From: an uncultured Candidatus Saccharibacteria bacterium
GTDB lineage: Bacteria; Patescibacteriota; Doudnabacteria; UBA920
DNA: 64,000 nucleotides
Direction: 5' to 3'
Assembly: GCA_964474825.1 (NCBI GenBank)
Contig: CAYYWQ010000001.1
Coordinates: 884,152 to 948,151 of the forward strand
A program made the translations under genes and the position numbers. Below the pieces are notes generated by a model. It had not been told where the DNA came from. It was given only the letters and a program-made list of their open reading frames with translations, and did no database searches. This document shows, in pieces, positions 27,663 through 37,867 of the stretch; positions within the stretch are counted from its first letter, which is position 1; each line of letters starts with the position of its first letter.

Positions 27663-30600
27663 CTAATTTTCATACAATGCCGCGGTCGCTCCCCCGCCGT
27701 CCTCAAAATACTCAAGCATAATTAAGTGTGTCCCTGCAGACAATGTCTTAGTTACAGTATAAGTCGTGGGCGGCTGGTCTTGCCAGTGGTCAATAATCCT
27801 TTCGCCGTCTATATATAACCTAACCCCGTCATCGGCCAAGACTGTAAAGATATGGTTCCCGGCAGTAAAAACTTCGTTCCTCTGCCAACGGGCAGAAAAA
27901 TGGTCTGCGTTTATAGAGGGATGGGGCGACCCATTCTGCCAAAAATTATTTATTAATGGTTCCTGCCGCTGCAGCACAGCCGGACCGCTCAGGTTTTGAT
28001 TATTAAAATACTGCGCTTCAAAAGGCACAGGCGGGCTGTCCATTTTTTGCCAATTAAACTTGGCAATGGCTCCGCCGCCGTTCTCAAAATATTCTACTTT
28101 AATATTATGAACTCCGGCGCTTAGGTCCCTACCCACTGCAAAAGTAGTTTGCGGGTGGTCATTCCACTGGTCAATAATTATTTCATTGTCTACATAAACA
28201 CGAACGCCGTCGTCTGTTGTAGCAACAAAGTTATAGTACCCAGCTTCAAAATTTTGCTGTTTAGAAAAGCGCGCGGAAAAATGATTTACCGGAATAGTGG
28301 GACCAGGAGAGCCGTTGTTCCAAACAAAATCTATAGCGTTGTCATTACGCGAAAGCTTTGGCGTCCCGCTTAGGTTTTGATTGTCAAAATATTCCGCGTT
28401 AAAGCTGCTTTGAGGTAAAACAGTTGGCGGCTCTGTAGTAGTGTCCCAATTTAACTTAGCCACTGCCCCGCCAAAAGCGTCATAATATTCCATTTTAATT
28501 TCATGACTGCCTGCGCTTAAATCTAGCACCGTGGAATAAGGGGTTTCCCCTTGGTCTCGCCATTTGTCTATAACTAACTGACCGTCTATAAACAGCCTAA
28601 CGCCGTCGTCTGTAGAAGTTATAAATTTATAGCGTCCAGTCTCAAAGTCCTGTTGTTTGATCCAGCGTGCGGAAAAATTATCGCTGTTAATTCCTGGGTC
28701 CGGCGATCCGCTATTCCAAATAAAATTAATATTTTGGTCGTCGCGGACCAAGCTCGGTGAACCGGATAAATTTATATTGTTAAAATACTCACCTCTAAAA
28801 GGAGTGGCTGGACGGAAAAAAGCAGTATAGATGGTATTCGAAGAAGACACACTTATGTCATGTTGCTTCGCGCCGCCGTCTGACCAATGGTCAAATTCAT
28901 AGGCAGTGCCTCCGCTGTTTTGATTTTGGACTGAAACATCTAAGCTAAAACCTACAACGTACGCTGTGGTTACCGGTGTATTTTGTGGAATACCGGCTAC
29001 TGTAATTTGCAAATTCGGCGGGTCTGTTATAAAAGTTAAATTGGAAATTTGAGAGGTAATTGTTACGGATTGGCTCGCGGAAATACCGGCACTGTCCGTA
29101 ACTGTCATAATAATTTCATACCAGACGTCCGTCGAAGTTTCCCCTGATGTGGGAACAACAAAGCTGCCGGCCTGACTTTGTGCTGGCCTTAAAAAAGGAT
29201 GGCTGTGGGTGCTGTGATGGAAAACTACTTCGCGCGTAAAAGCCGTGGCCGGCAAGCTATTGCCATCGCCGTCCGTTGCCGTAGCCGCGTAAGCTATTGT
29301 GTCGCCGGCATTATAAACAGAGTTTGACAAAGGAGCAGTAATGTTAATAGTGGGAGACTTACCCACTCTTACAGTAAAAGGATTAGCCAAAGCCATGTTG
29401 ACGCCGTCGCTTACAGAAAGCCCTACCGTGTAAACGCCTTTGGTATTATAAATTTTAACCGGGTTCTGTTCCGAGCTTTGCGTGCCGTCACCAAAATCCC
29501 AAGCGTAAGTTAAAGGCCCGCCTTCCGGGTCGCTGGACCCTGCTGAAGAAAAATTAACCGTCAAAGGAATATTATCCCCGGACATAACATCTGCCCCTGC
29601 CACTGCCGTGGGTATTTGGTTGCCGTTGGTAAAACTGACTTTAAAAAGCTGTCCGGGAAAAATTGTTAAATAATAAAGCGAGCCGTCTGGCGCGATTTTT
29701 ATGTCTACAATACTGCCGACACTTCTGTCAAAATCTTCCACACTTCCCACGCTGCCGTCACTGTTAAAACTTAATGTTTTTAAAAAGTTTTGGGCGTAAT
29801 CACCAAAAAACAACTTACCCTTATATTGTTCCGGGAACATGGAGGCATGGTAAACCGGACCACCGATTACCGAAAAACTCGGGGTTGTGTGTTCATAACT
29901 ATAAATTGGATTAATTAAATTAGCGCAATTATTTGTGCAATTACCTTCAGCTAATGGCCAGCCGTAATTACCGCCTTTGTCTACCTTGTTAATTTCCTCC
30001 CAAGTAGATTCCCCTACATCGCCCAAATATAAATTACCGCTTTGGGAATCGAACTGAAACCTAAAAGGGTTGCGAAAACCATAAGCCCAAATTTCTCCTT
30101 TTGCGTTGGCCTGCGCCACAAAAGGATTACCATTCGGAATACTTCCGTCTTTATTTATACGCAAAATTTTACCCATAGGGGTAGTCAAATCCTGGGCGTT
30201 TGCTGCATTACCGCCGTCACCAATGCTAATGTAAAGCTTGCCGTCCGGGCCAAAAGCTATGGTGCCTCCGGCGTGATTGCTTCCAGCAAGAGCATTTGAT
30301 TTATAAATATCAATTGGGCCATTGCTCCCAACATCTAAAGAAGCATCAAACCTCACAACCCTGTGCATGGAATTTTGGTCTATATAGTAAAAATAGACCC
30401 AATGGTTGTTGTCAAAATCCGGGTCAAAAGCAATACCCAAAAGCCCCCGGTCATCCTGGTTAAAGGAAGGCAACTGGTCAAAAATCCTGGGAAGCACTTG
30501 GCCATTTTTATAAATTTTTATGTTGCCCTCCTGTTCTAAAATAAAAATCCTCCCGTCAGGAGCAAAGGCAAAAGCCGTGGGATTACTTAAGCCACTGCCA

Positions 30601-30713
30601 ATAATTAAACTGGTCTGAAAACCGCTTGGCGGGCCGGCTTTGGTTTTTTGACTAAGAAGACCCAAGACACTTATTAAAATTACGCAGCAAAAAACTGTCA
30701 AAATTTTTCTCAT
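27663..30713 (-). CDS. Large secreted surface protein: soluble sugar dehydrogenase (GSDH/YliI-like) beta-propeller + PKD domain + three PA14 domains
   Basis: Signal peptide; GSDH-like blades (GLSNPTAFAFAPDGRIFILEQEGNI, GLLGIAFDPDFDNNHWVYFYY); PKD (YAWDFGDGTQSSEQNPVKIYNTKGVYTVGLSVSDG); three tandem repeats of about 140 aa with PA14 hallmarks (YFNNxNLSG...NFSARW...TDDGVRLYIDG). The DNA is also internally repetitive across 27.7-28.9 kb. Confidence 0.7.
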   Translation of the reverse strand: MRKILTVFCCVILISVLGLLSQKTKAGPPSGFQTSLIIGSGLSNPTAFAFAPDGRIFILEQEGNIKIYKNGQVLPRIFDQLPSFNQDDRGLLGIAFDPDFDNNHWVYFYYIDQNSMHRVVRFDASLDVGSNGPIDIYKSNALAGSNHAGGTIAFGPDGKLYISIGDGGNAANAQDLTTPMGKILRINKDGSIPNGNPFVAQANAKGEIWAYGFRNPFRFQFDSQSGNLYLGDVGESTWEEINKVDKGGNYGWPLAEGNCTNNCANLINPIYSYEHTTPSFSVIGGPVYHASMFPEQYKGKLFFGDYAQNFLKTLSFNSDGSVGSVEDFDRSVGSIVDIKIAPDGSLYYLTIFPGQLFKVSFTNGNQIPTAVAGADVMSGDNIPLTVNFSSAGSSDPEGGPLTYAWDFGDGTQSSEQNPVKIYNTKGVYTVGLSVSDGVNMALANPFTVRVGKSPTINITAPLSNSVYNAGDTIAYAATATDGDGNSLPATAFTREVVFHHSTHSHPFLRPAQSQAGSFVVPTSGETSTDVWYEIIMTVTDSAGISASQSVTITSQISNLTFITDPPNLQITVAGIPQNTPVTTAYVVGFSLDVSVQNQNSGGTAYEFDHWSDGGAKQHDISVSSSNTIYTAFFRPATPFRGEYFNNINLSGSPSLVRDDQNINFIWNSGSPDPGINSDNFSARWIKQQDFETGRYKFITSTDDGVRLFIDGQLVIDKWRDQGETPYSTVLDLSAGSHEIKMEYYDAFGGAVAKLNWDTTTEPPTVLPQSSFNAEYFDNQNLSGTPKLSRNDNAIDFVWNNGSPGPTIPVNHFSARFSKQQNFEAGYYNFVATTDDGVRVYVDNEIIIDQWNDHPQTTFAVGRDLSAGVHNIKVEYFENGGGAIAKFNWQKMDSPPVPFEAQYFNNQNLSGPAVLQRQEPLINNFWQNGSPHPSINADHFSARWQRNEVFTAGNHIFTVLADDGVRLYIDGERIIDHWQDQPPTTYTVTKTLSAGTHLIMLEYFEDGGGATAALYEN

Positions 30714-30724
30714 ATACTTTTTAT

Positions 30725-32314
30725 TTAATTTACTGCCACGTCTGCAGTCCGTTTAAAAATTAAAATTTCGTCCGAAGTATAAACTTTTTGAAAAAACTTA
30801 TACAAGTCACCTTCTAGCCTGGGATTACTGAAAATACTTTTCCAAACTTCGTCGTCCTTTTGCAAAATAATCCACTTAGCATATTTTTCCGGCTGAGAAA
30901 GAGACTCTTGCCAGTACGGTTTTGTTCCCACATAAATTAAATCTTTCATGGGAACGTTGCTTCTAATAATACTGACTGTTCGGGCGTAGTCGTCCATAAG
31001 TACCAAGCCGCCATCATAATTTTGCGCCATAAAGCGTTCCGCGTCGGGGCGCTTAGCGCTAGACAACCCGGTAATTCCGTCTTCAAATGTTATAACTTTG
31101 GCTCTGCCGCTTAAAAACATAAAAGTTTGGGCCATAAATATAGCTACCAAGAGAACCTTTATGGACTTCGGACTTTTGTAAAACAAATAACCAAAAAATA
31201 AAGCAATAAAAGGTACGGCCATAAGCCCATAACGGACATTAAACAAATTCCAGTGGAAATTGGACGGCGTTAGGGAAGGCACAAAAATTACCGACTGTCC
31301 CATATACAAAGTTAAAACATAAAAGGCAAAAGGCACACCCAGAAGCCCTACAAAATAAAGACGTCTTAAATTAAAACGGCTAAACAAAAACCACAAGCTA
31401 CCCAATAAACCAAAAGCAAATAAAAGAGAACCGGCGTTTTCCATGGCCGCGGCCCCGTAATAGAGCAAAGAATTTTTCAAACTATGGTAACTTGGCAACT
31501 GTCCTATAGCCAAAAAAGCTTTTTGCTGAGTCGCGGCAGAATATTGGCTGTTAGTAAAATAAAGCGGGTCTCCCAAAATTAAATAATCCCATAAAAGCCA
31601 AATTGCAATCCCCGCAAAAGCCACGGTAGCAAACAAAATTAGCTTTCCTTCCATAGTCTTCCATTTTTCTTTATGGGGCAAATAAAATAGCAAAATAATT
31701 CCGGCCTCCGCTGCGACTAAAAACCAACCATCGTATCGGGAAAGCGTGGCGCACAAGCCAAAAAATGCTGCGAGGAATAACGGAGGCAGATAATCGTCCT
31801 TGTCCAAAAAAATTAAAAAATAATACATGGACAACAAGAAAAAAGCAAGCAGCGGCAGCTCAGTCATGGGAGTGGACTGCATATAGAGAATATTGGGATT
31901 AAGCATAAAAACCAAAGAAGCTAAAACAGAGGCGGTTTTGTTTTTAGTTAAATGGAAGGCCAGCCTATACAAATAGGCCGAGGTTATAACAAAAGCTACA
32001 CCCGAAACAATTGACCCGGCGAGGCCGGTTCGCCATAAAAAATCAAACCTAACAAAAGGCAGCAATAACAAATGCGGCAATGGCAGCCAAATGCCTCCTA
32101 ACTGGGCAAACCCAGGAGTTAAACTGTCTATGGCGCGTTTGGCAATGTTTAAATGGGACTCCGCGTCGCCGTAACGGACAATGTAATCGTTCGAATAGGA
32201 AAAATAGGTTGCCCCAATACTAATAATTACCGCTGTTATTGTTACCCATTGTAAAACCGACAGGTTAAAAAGCCGGGTTTTAATTGCATGCAGTTGCGGG
32301 ACAGTAAAAGTCAT
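30725..32314 (-). CDS. Polytopic membrane glycosyltransferase, GT-C fold (ArnT/PMT/GT39-like)
   Basis: About 12 TM helices are predicted. The N-terminal region resembles ArnT/PMT-type dolichyl or undecaprenyl-phosphate sugar transferases. Genomic context: next to a GT2. Confidence 0.5.
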   Translation of the reverse strand: MTFTVPQLHAIKTRLFNLSVLQWVTITAVIISIGATYFSYSNDYIVRYGDAESHLNIAKRAIDSLTPGFAQLGGIWLPLPHLLLLPFVRFDFLWRTGLAGSIVSGVAFVITSAYLYRLAFHLTKNKTASVLASLVFMLNPNILYMQSTPMTELPLLAFFLLSMYYFLIFLDKDDYLPPLFLAAFFGLCATLSRYDGWFLVAAEAGIILLFYLPHKEKWKTMEGKLILFATVAFAGIAIWLLWDYLILGDPLYFTNSQYSAATQQKAFLAIGQLPSYHSLKNSLLYYGAAAMENAGSLLFAFGLLGSLWFLFSRFNLRRLYFVGLLGVPFAFYVLTLYMGQSVIFVPSLTPSNFHWNLFNVRYGLMAVPFIALFFGYLFYKSPKSIKVLLVAIFMAQTFMFLSGRAKVITFEDGITGLSSAKRPDAERFMAQNYDGGLVLMDDYARTVSIIRSNVPMKDLIYVGTKPYWQESLSQPEKYAKWIILQKDDEVWKSIFSNPRLEGDLYKFFQKVYTSDEILIFKRTADVAVN

Positions 32315-32362
32315 TTATAAGATATCTCCTTTTAACGGATTTATTAGTACTGAGAGGAACCT

Positions 32363-33805
32363 CTATAAAACTTTCGCGTCAAGCGCCAATTGTCGTTGAG
32401 TTTTTACTCCCAAATGCAAACCATGCAAAGTCTTAGCCCAATAGTGGGGCTTAATAATAATTTCATAAAGCGCTTGCCAGGCCGCTACAGACATAAAAAG
32501 CCAATAAGCCGGAACTAAATACGCATACTTAATTAAGTCAAAATAGCCTCTCTTTGCGCAGCCTACCATGTACGCATAAAGGTACATTAAATTACCAAAG
32601 GCCAAACAGAACACCCCCATATATAAAATTGGCGTTGGAAAAAATGAATCAATTACATTCCCAACAGTGGAACGAAAAGCAAAATATACTATTGTCATTA
32701 ACCACAAAAACGGATTTACAAAAATGGAAAATATTTTACCTCCTACCACCAACTGGAAAAAGAATAAATGATGCGCTCTCCCTTTTTGCAAAAACTCGCT
32801 TGGGTTTCTGCTATGCACCAAATAGGTTTGAATATAACCTTTTATCCACCGCGAACGCTGACGATACCAATTTTTCAAATCAGAATTGGCTTCCTCGTAA
32901 GTTGTGGCGTCCATAATGGCCGTATAGTAGCCTTTTTTTGCCAAACGCAAACCCAAATCGCAATCTTCCGTGACATTAAAAGGATCCCATCCGTTTAGCA
33001 AATGAATGTCTTTCGTCCTAAAATGGTTAGAGGTACCGCCCAAAGGTATTGGCGCGTCCAAAGACTGAAGACCTGTTAATACTAAATCAAACCACAAGGA
33101 ATATTCCGCGGTAAAAATTCTGGTTAACAAATTTTGGCGGGGATTATAAAAATTTAGTTTTGCCTGGATGCAAACCGTTCCTTCCTTGGCTTTTCCAAAA
33201 GCTAAAATGGCTTTTTTCAGCTGATCTTTGTCAGGAACATCTTCGGCGTCATAAACCACCAAGTACTCGCCTTTCGCAAACTGTAAGCCGTAGTTCATGG
33301 CTTTGGGTTTGGTTTTAGGCAATGAATGCGGCACAACAATAATTTCAAAATATTCAGGCAAATTTAGAGCCAGTGCCTGATTAATAGTTTCTCTGTCGTC
33401 ATCTTCTAAAAGAAGCATGACCTGAAGTTTATTCTTAGGATAATTCAACTGGCTTATAGCCGAAGCAAACTGAGGCAAGACCTCCCACTCTTTATATAAA
33501 GGACAAAAAATTGTATAAATGGGCAGCTTGCCAGGTTTAAGGTTATCTAATTCTGCCTGGCTAAACTTTATTTCAGTCTCCCTTTTAAATCCACGGAAGA
33601 CTATAAAAAAATTAGCCAATACGTCTAGCAAATAAAGAGAAGTTAACAAAACAACAAAAACCAATAATACAAACTGCCAATTTACAACCGCGGCTATTGC
33701 AACAAAACCTAATACCCCCAAAAACCAAAATTTCTGGCTCCTTGTTATTATCTTTAAAGCCGAATGATGTCTGGGAGAATGAGCCGGGTGGACATTTTTA
33801 ATCAT
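32363..33805 (-). CDS. Processive family-2 glycosyltransferase (cellulose/chitin/PNAG-synthase-like) with integral membrane channel
   Basis: The DxD is VYDAEDV, the TED motif is NVTEDCDLG, and QxxRW is QRSRWIKG. TM helices flank the GT-A domain. Confidence 0.75.
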   Translation of the reverse strand: MIKNVHPAHSPRHHSALKIITRSQKFWFLGVLGFVAIAAVVNWQFVLLVFVVLLTSLYLLDVLANFFIVFRGFKRETEIKFSQAELDNLKPGKLPIYTIFCPLYKEWEVLPQFASAISQLNYPKNKLQVMLLLEDDDRETINQALALNLPEYFEIIVVPHSLPKTKPKAMNYGLQFAKGEYLVVYDAEDVPDKDQLKKAILAFGKAKEGTVCIQAKLNFYNPRQNLLTRIFTAEYSLWFDLVLTGLQSLDAPIPLGGTSNHFRTKDIHLLNGWDPFNVTEDCDLGLRLAKKGYYTAIMDATTYEEANSDLKNWYRQRSRWIKGYIQTYLVHSRNPSEFLQKGRAHHLFFFQLVVGGKIFSIFVNPFLWLMTIVYFAFRSTVGNVIDSFFPTPILYMGVFCLAFGNLMYLYAYMVGCAKRGYFDLIKYAYLVPAYWLFMSVAAWQALYEIIIKPHYWAKTLHGLHLGVKTQRQLALDAKVL

Positions 33806-34028
33806 AATTACAAAAGTTTAAAAAAATTAACAACACCCTAACCGCGAAGGCTAATTTAAGGTGTCCTTAAGTAATATCGGTTATAACTATAACTTGTTTC
33901 AATTACCTAAAATTTTCAACAAAAATTCCATATATTTACGGCAAAAATTAAAAGAAACGGTTTTCCTAAATTTTGACAAAAACTTAAAATGGCTTAAACT
34001 TAAGGAAGAGTAATTAATAAGCTAAAAT

Positions 34029-34382
34029 ATGAAAAACAAACAAAAACAAACCTACTGGTTGGTTGGGATTATTGTTCTTATTCTATTGGCTTTATGGTTC
34101 TGGCAGTCCAGGCACCAAGCTAACGCCCCGGTCAAAAACCAGGAAAATAGTAACAACACAACCACCCAGGATAATTTACCCACCCAAAACGGCCCTGTTT
34201 GGACTGGCTTACTCAAGGCTTCCGACAGCCCACAAAAAGGCAACTTAATGTTGGTTACTTCCGGCCGCAATATTTATATTAAAACCAGCCGCGACTTTTC
34301 AGCCCTGGTCAACAAAGAAGTCATTATGACTTATCAAGGCGACTACAATAATTTCCAGTTGGGTAACATAACAGCTAAATAA
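34029..34382 (+). CDS. Hypothetical membrane-anchored protein
   Basis: An N-terminal TM segment is followed by a low-complexity Asn/Thr/Gln region. Confidence 0.4.
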   Translation: MKNKQKQTYWLVGIIVLILLALWFWQSRHQANAPVKNQENSNNTTTQDNLPTQNGPVWTGLLKASDSPQKGNLMLVTSGRNIYIKTSRDFSALVNKEVIMTYQGDYNNFQLGNITAK

Positions 34383-34388
34383 CTTTAT

Positions 34389-35291
34389 TTGCTTTTAGAA
34401 ACTCCAAAAAAATTTTCCGATTTCCAACTTCTGGACACCGGAGACGGTTACCGCTTGGAACAATGGGGCCAGGCGGTTTTAGCGCGCCCTGACCCGCAAA
34501 TTATTTGGCCGAGGTCTTTACCGGAAACGGAATGGGACAAGGCTTGGGCAATATTCCAATCACCCTCCGGCAGTGAAAAAGGAAAATGGGAAATAAAAAC
34601 ACCCATGCCAAAACCTTGGGTAATAAAATTCCAGGACACAAAACTGCTGCTTAAACTTTCCCCTTTTAAGCATACCGGCTTGTTTGCGGAACAGGCGGCA
34701 AACTGGGAATGGATGCAAAATAGAATTTTGAATACAGAATCTGAAATAAAGGAAGATGGCGTTCAAAATTCTAAATTCAAAACTCTGAACTTATTTGGAT
34801 ATACCGGTGGCGCGACAATGATCTTAGCAAAAGCCGGTTGCCAAGTTACTCATGTGGACGCCAGCAAGCCGGCCATAACCTGGGCAAACGAAAACCACAA
34901 GTTAAATAATTTACCGGAAGAATCTGTCCGCTGGATTTTAGACGACGCGGTTAAATATGTTAAACGTGAATTAAAGCGCGGCGCAAAGTACGACGGCATA
35001 ATAATGGACCCACCGGCCTTTGGCCACTCGCCCACAGGCAAGACATGGAAATTTAACGAAGACTTGCCCGGACTGCTTGCTGACTGCGTGCAGTTGCTGT
35101 CTCCCAATGCCAAATTTCTTATTATAAACGGCTACGCCACCAATTCCTCGGCTTTAGCGCTCAATAATTTACTGGAAGACGCAATGAAATCTAAACCCGG
35201 AAAAATTGAGTTTGGCGAACTATGTTTAATACAAAAATCCAGTAGATTAATTTCTACCGGAATATTTGCTCGTTGGACAGGCCAACCATAA
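34389..35291 (+). CDS. Class I SAM-dependent methyltransferase (RlmI/RlmK-like rRNA MTase fold)
   Basis: Motif I is LNLFGYTGGATMILA. Motif IV is IIMDPPAFG. Confidence 0.7.
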   Translation: MLLETPKKFSDFQLLDTGDGYRLEQWGQAVLARPDPQIIWPRSLPETEWDKAWAIFQSPSGSEKGKWEIKTPMPKPWVIKFQDTKLLLKLSPFKHTGLFAEQAANWEWMQNRILNTESEIKEDGVQNSKFKTLNLFGYTGGATMILAKAGCQVTHVDASKPAITWANENHKLNNLPEESVRWILDDAVKYVKRELKRGAKYDGIIMDPPAFGHSPTGKTWKFNEDLPGLLADCVQLLSPNAKFLIINGYATNSSALALNNLLEDAMKSKPGKIEFGELCLIQKSSRLISTGIFARWTGQP

Positions 35292-35336
35292 CAATATAAA
35301 AGCCCGGCAAAATTGCCGGGCTTTTATTATCATTTT

Positions 35337-35771
35337 TTATGGCTGATGCTTTTCCCCGCCGGGTTCCAAATAACTCCAAACTTTTTCATACAAATCGTCC
35401 AGATTTAAACTGCCCTTTATTAAATACTCCTTAATCCGGCCTTCAGCAAGGAGCATGTCTTTTAGTTCGGGCTTGTCTAAATTTGTTAAGGCAATAACCG
35501 GGATATTCTCCAGCCGGCTTTCGCTCTTCATGTAATCCAAAATTCCGGTACTGCCATCGGACTGGGTTAATAACAAGTCCAAAATTATTAATTCCGGAGT
35601 TATTTTTTGCAAAAGCTCTTTAGCCTGCTCGGGTGTGGCGGCCCCGTAGACGTCTGTCCCCCAGCTCTCAAACTGCTTGGTTAAAGTGTTTAAAATTAAC
35701 TTATCGTCGTCTATTATTAAAATTGTGTGATGTATTCGGGACATAAAATTATAGCTCAGCTGAATCGCCAA
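35337..35771 (-). CDS. Single-domain response regulator (CheY-like receiver)
   Basis: ILIIDDD ... IILDLLLTQSDG ... ALT, with the phospho-acceptor Asp in the LDLLL context. The start is 35771 or the in-frame ATG at 35744. Confidence 0.75.
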   Translation of the reverse strand: MAIQLSYNFMSRIHHTILIIDDDKLILNTLTKQFESWGTDVYGAATPEQAKELLQKITPELIILDLLLTQSDGSTGILDYMKSESRLENIPVIALTNLDKPELKDMLLAEGRIKEYLIKGSLNLDDLYEKVWSYLEPGGEKHQP

Positions 35772-36306
35772 TAAACTTGCCGAGCGCGATTAAATAAATA
35801 ATCGGCGCTACCAGCCAAATAAATCCGGCGGGTTGGTTAATAAACAAAGACTGGATGAGTTGGGAAAAATGCTGCTGGGTACCCGGAGGCAAGTAGCTTA
35901 ATATTATATTAATTAAAAGCCCAATTTGCAAAAAAGCAAAGACTAAAGAAAAAACCATGGAAGCCAAATGCCTGCTGTCAGCCGAAGACTTTAAAACAAA
36001 CCTGCCCAAAAATAAAAATAGAATGAGGAAAATAACCACAAAAGCCGCCAACTGCTGTAAGGAAACTATGGAAAGGTTAAGAGGTTTAGCTGCGGCCGTA
36101 CTTAAAAACGGCATTTCCAAAACAATTAACTTGGCCACGTAAACGCTTAACAAAATATTAATGACCCTGCCGCGTCCCGCGGAAAAAGTATAAATTACCG
36201 CCCCGGCAACCCAACCAAGCAAAATAAACAAATCCCAGGACGGATTGGTCCAGTTAAAGCCATGAACTAAACTTGAAGCATCTGTCAAAGACAAGCCTAA
36301 AATCAT
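35749..36306 (-). CDS. Hypothetical polytopic membrane protein
   Basis: The 185-aa ORF has 4-5 predicted TM helices and is upstream of the response regulator. Confidence 0.45.
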   Translation of the reverse strand: MILGLSLTDASSLVHGFNWTNPSWDLFILLGWVAGAVIYTFSAGRGRVINILLSVYVAKLIVLEMPFLSTAAAKPLNLSIVSLQQLAAFVVIFLILFLFLGRFVLKSSADSRHLASMVFSLVFAFLQIGLLINIILSYLPPGTQQHFSQLIQSLFINQPAGFIWLVAPIIYLIALGKFIGDSAEL

Positions 36307-36409
36307 TTTTGTTTCTGCTGATATTATTTAAATAAATTATACCATAAACTCCCCTAAAACAAAAAAGATGGCCTTGCGCCCATCCTTTTGTTTGGAGTAA
36401 ATATTAAAT

Positions 36410-37555
36410 TTAGTTAAACGTCTCTTTTATGCTGTTCCAAAAGTTCTCATCGACCTCTACACTCTCGCCCCGTTCCTGGGCCAATTGCTTTAGGAGCTCT
36501 TTTTCTTTTTTGGATAGCTTGGCCGGGGTTACCACATGGGTGGTAATAAGCAGGTCGCCGCGGCGGCCGGGATCGTTTAAATGTGGTACTCCATGGCTTT
36601 TAACTTTAAGCACCGTACCGCTTTGCGTACTGCCCGGAATTTTTAGCTCAATGTCGCCGTCTAAAGTCTTAACAATAATTTTTGCTCCCAGGGCCGCCTG
36701 GGTAAAACTTATGGGCAAATCTTTTAGCAAATTATTTCCATCACGCTTAAAATCTTTGTGCGGCTTCACGCGGATTGATAAATACAAATCCCCGGGACTA
36801 CTCCCGCGGTAACCGGCCTCGCCTTCGCCGGAGACGCGCACACGTTGGCCGTCGTCTATTCCGGCCGGAATTTTGACTTCAATGGTTTTTTCCTGGCGCA
36901 AGCTGCCGGAGCCGCCGCAGGTTTTGCACGGCACTTCGGGAATTTTTCCGGTACCTTCACAGCGGTCACAGGCCGCGCGAGACTGGATGTTGCCAAAAAT
37001 TGTACGCCTGGAAGTCACTATTTGCCCCTGCCCGTGACATTTAGGACAAGTTACTACTTTGGTGCCCGGCTCGGCACCTAAGCCTGAGCAGGTTTTACAA
37101 ACATCTTTTTTCTCAAGGGTCAAAGTTTTTTCCACGCCAAATACGGCTTCTTCAAAATTAATACTCAGTCCCATTTCCAAATCTATACCGCGACTGCGGC
37201 GGCTTTGTTGCCTCTGCTGGCCACCAAACATGTCGCCAAAAATATCACCCAAATCAAATTCCATGCCGCCAAAATCCGCGCCAGAAAAACCGCCAAAAGG
37301 ATTGCCGCCTTGTTGCTGTTGATAGCCGCCGTTCCTGGCCGCCTGATCAAAAGTTTCGCCGTAAGTATCGTATTGCTGTTTTTTTGTCTGGTCGCCCAAA
37401 ACCTGGTAAGCCTCGTTAACTTCTTTAAATTTTTCCGGGCTGCCTCCGCCTTTGTCCGGATGAAATTCATGCGCCTTTTTTCTGTAGGCGCGTTTAATTT
37501 CGTCGGCTGACGAATTTTTGGAAACACCTAATATATTGTAGTAATCTTTGGCCAT
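36410..37555 (-). CDS. dnaJ: Chaperone DnaJ
   Basis: The J-domain carries HPD (YRKKAHEFHPDKGGG). A G/F-rich region and four CxxCxGxG zinc-finger repeats follow. Confidence 0.9.
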   Translation of the reverse strand: MAKDYYNILGVSKNSSADEIKRAYRKKAHEFHPDKGGGSPEKFKEVNEAYQVLGDQTKKQQYDTYGETFDQAARNGGYQQQQGGNPFGGFSGADFGGMEFDLGDIFGDMFGGQQRQQSRRSRGIDLEMGLSINFEEAVFGVEKTLTLEKKDVCKTCSGLGAEPGTKVVTCPKCHGQGQIVTSRRTIFGNIQSRAACDRCEGTGKIPEVPCKTCGGSGSLRQEKTIEVKIPAGIDDGQRVRVSGEGEAGYRGSSPGDLYLSIRVKPHKDFKRDGNNLLKDLPISFTQAALGAKIIVKTLDGDIELKIPGSTQSGTVLKVKSHGVPHLNDPGRRGDLLITTHVVTPAKLSKKEKELLKQLAQERGESVEVDENFWNSIKETFN

Positions 37556-37857
37556 TACTCGGTTTTAAATCTAATACTATTGTCCGGCACCACCTGCAGC
37601 TGGATTACTCCAAACTGTTCCTCGTATTTCTTTAAAGTTTCTTCCATGGCTTTCGTAATCCTTTTAAAATGGGAAGGAGAAACAATGATCCGTGCTGCCA
37701 TTTGCGGAGCTGGCGGCATTAAACTAAAAAAATCCAAAATAAATTCCTCTGAGCTACTGCTAACCTGGGCCATTGTGGCGTATTGGCCTTTTAAAACTTC
37801 GTCGCTGGCTTTAACCTGGATTTGTTGTGGGCCTGGTTGCGGATTTTGTTGTTCCAT
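37555..37857 (-). CDS. Small conserved hypothetical protein (DUF3467-like) in the dnaK operon
   Basis: 100 aa; SDEVLKGQYATMAQVSSSSEEFILDF... Recall-based family assignment only. Confidence 0.45.
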   Translation of the reverse strand: MEQQNPQPGPQQIQVKASDEVLKGQYATMAQVSSSSEEFILDFFSLMPPAPQMAARIIVSPSHFKRITKAMEETLKKYEEQFGVIQLQVVPDNSIRFKTE

Positions 37858-37867
37858 AAAATTATTA

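Noticed and set aside
37183-37527. Arg/Lys-rich ORFs antisense or overlapping dnaJ
   Set aside because: Shadow frames of the Gly-rich G/F region of dnaJ.
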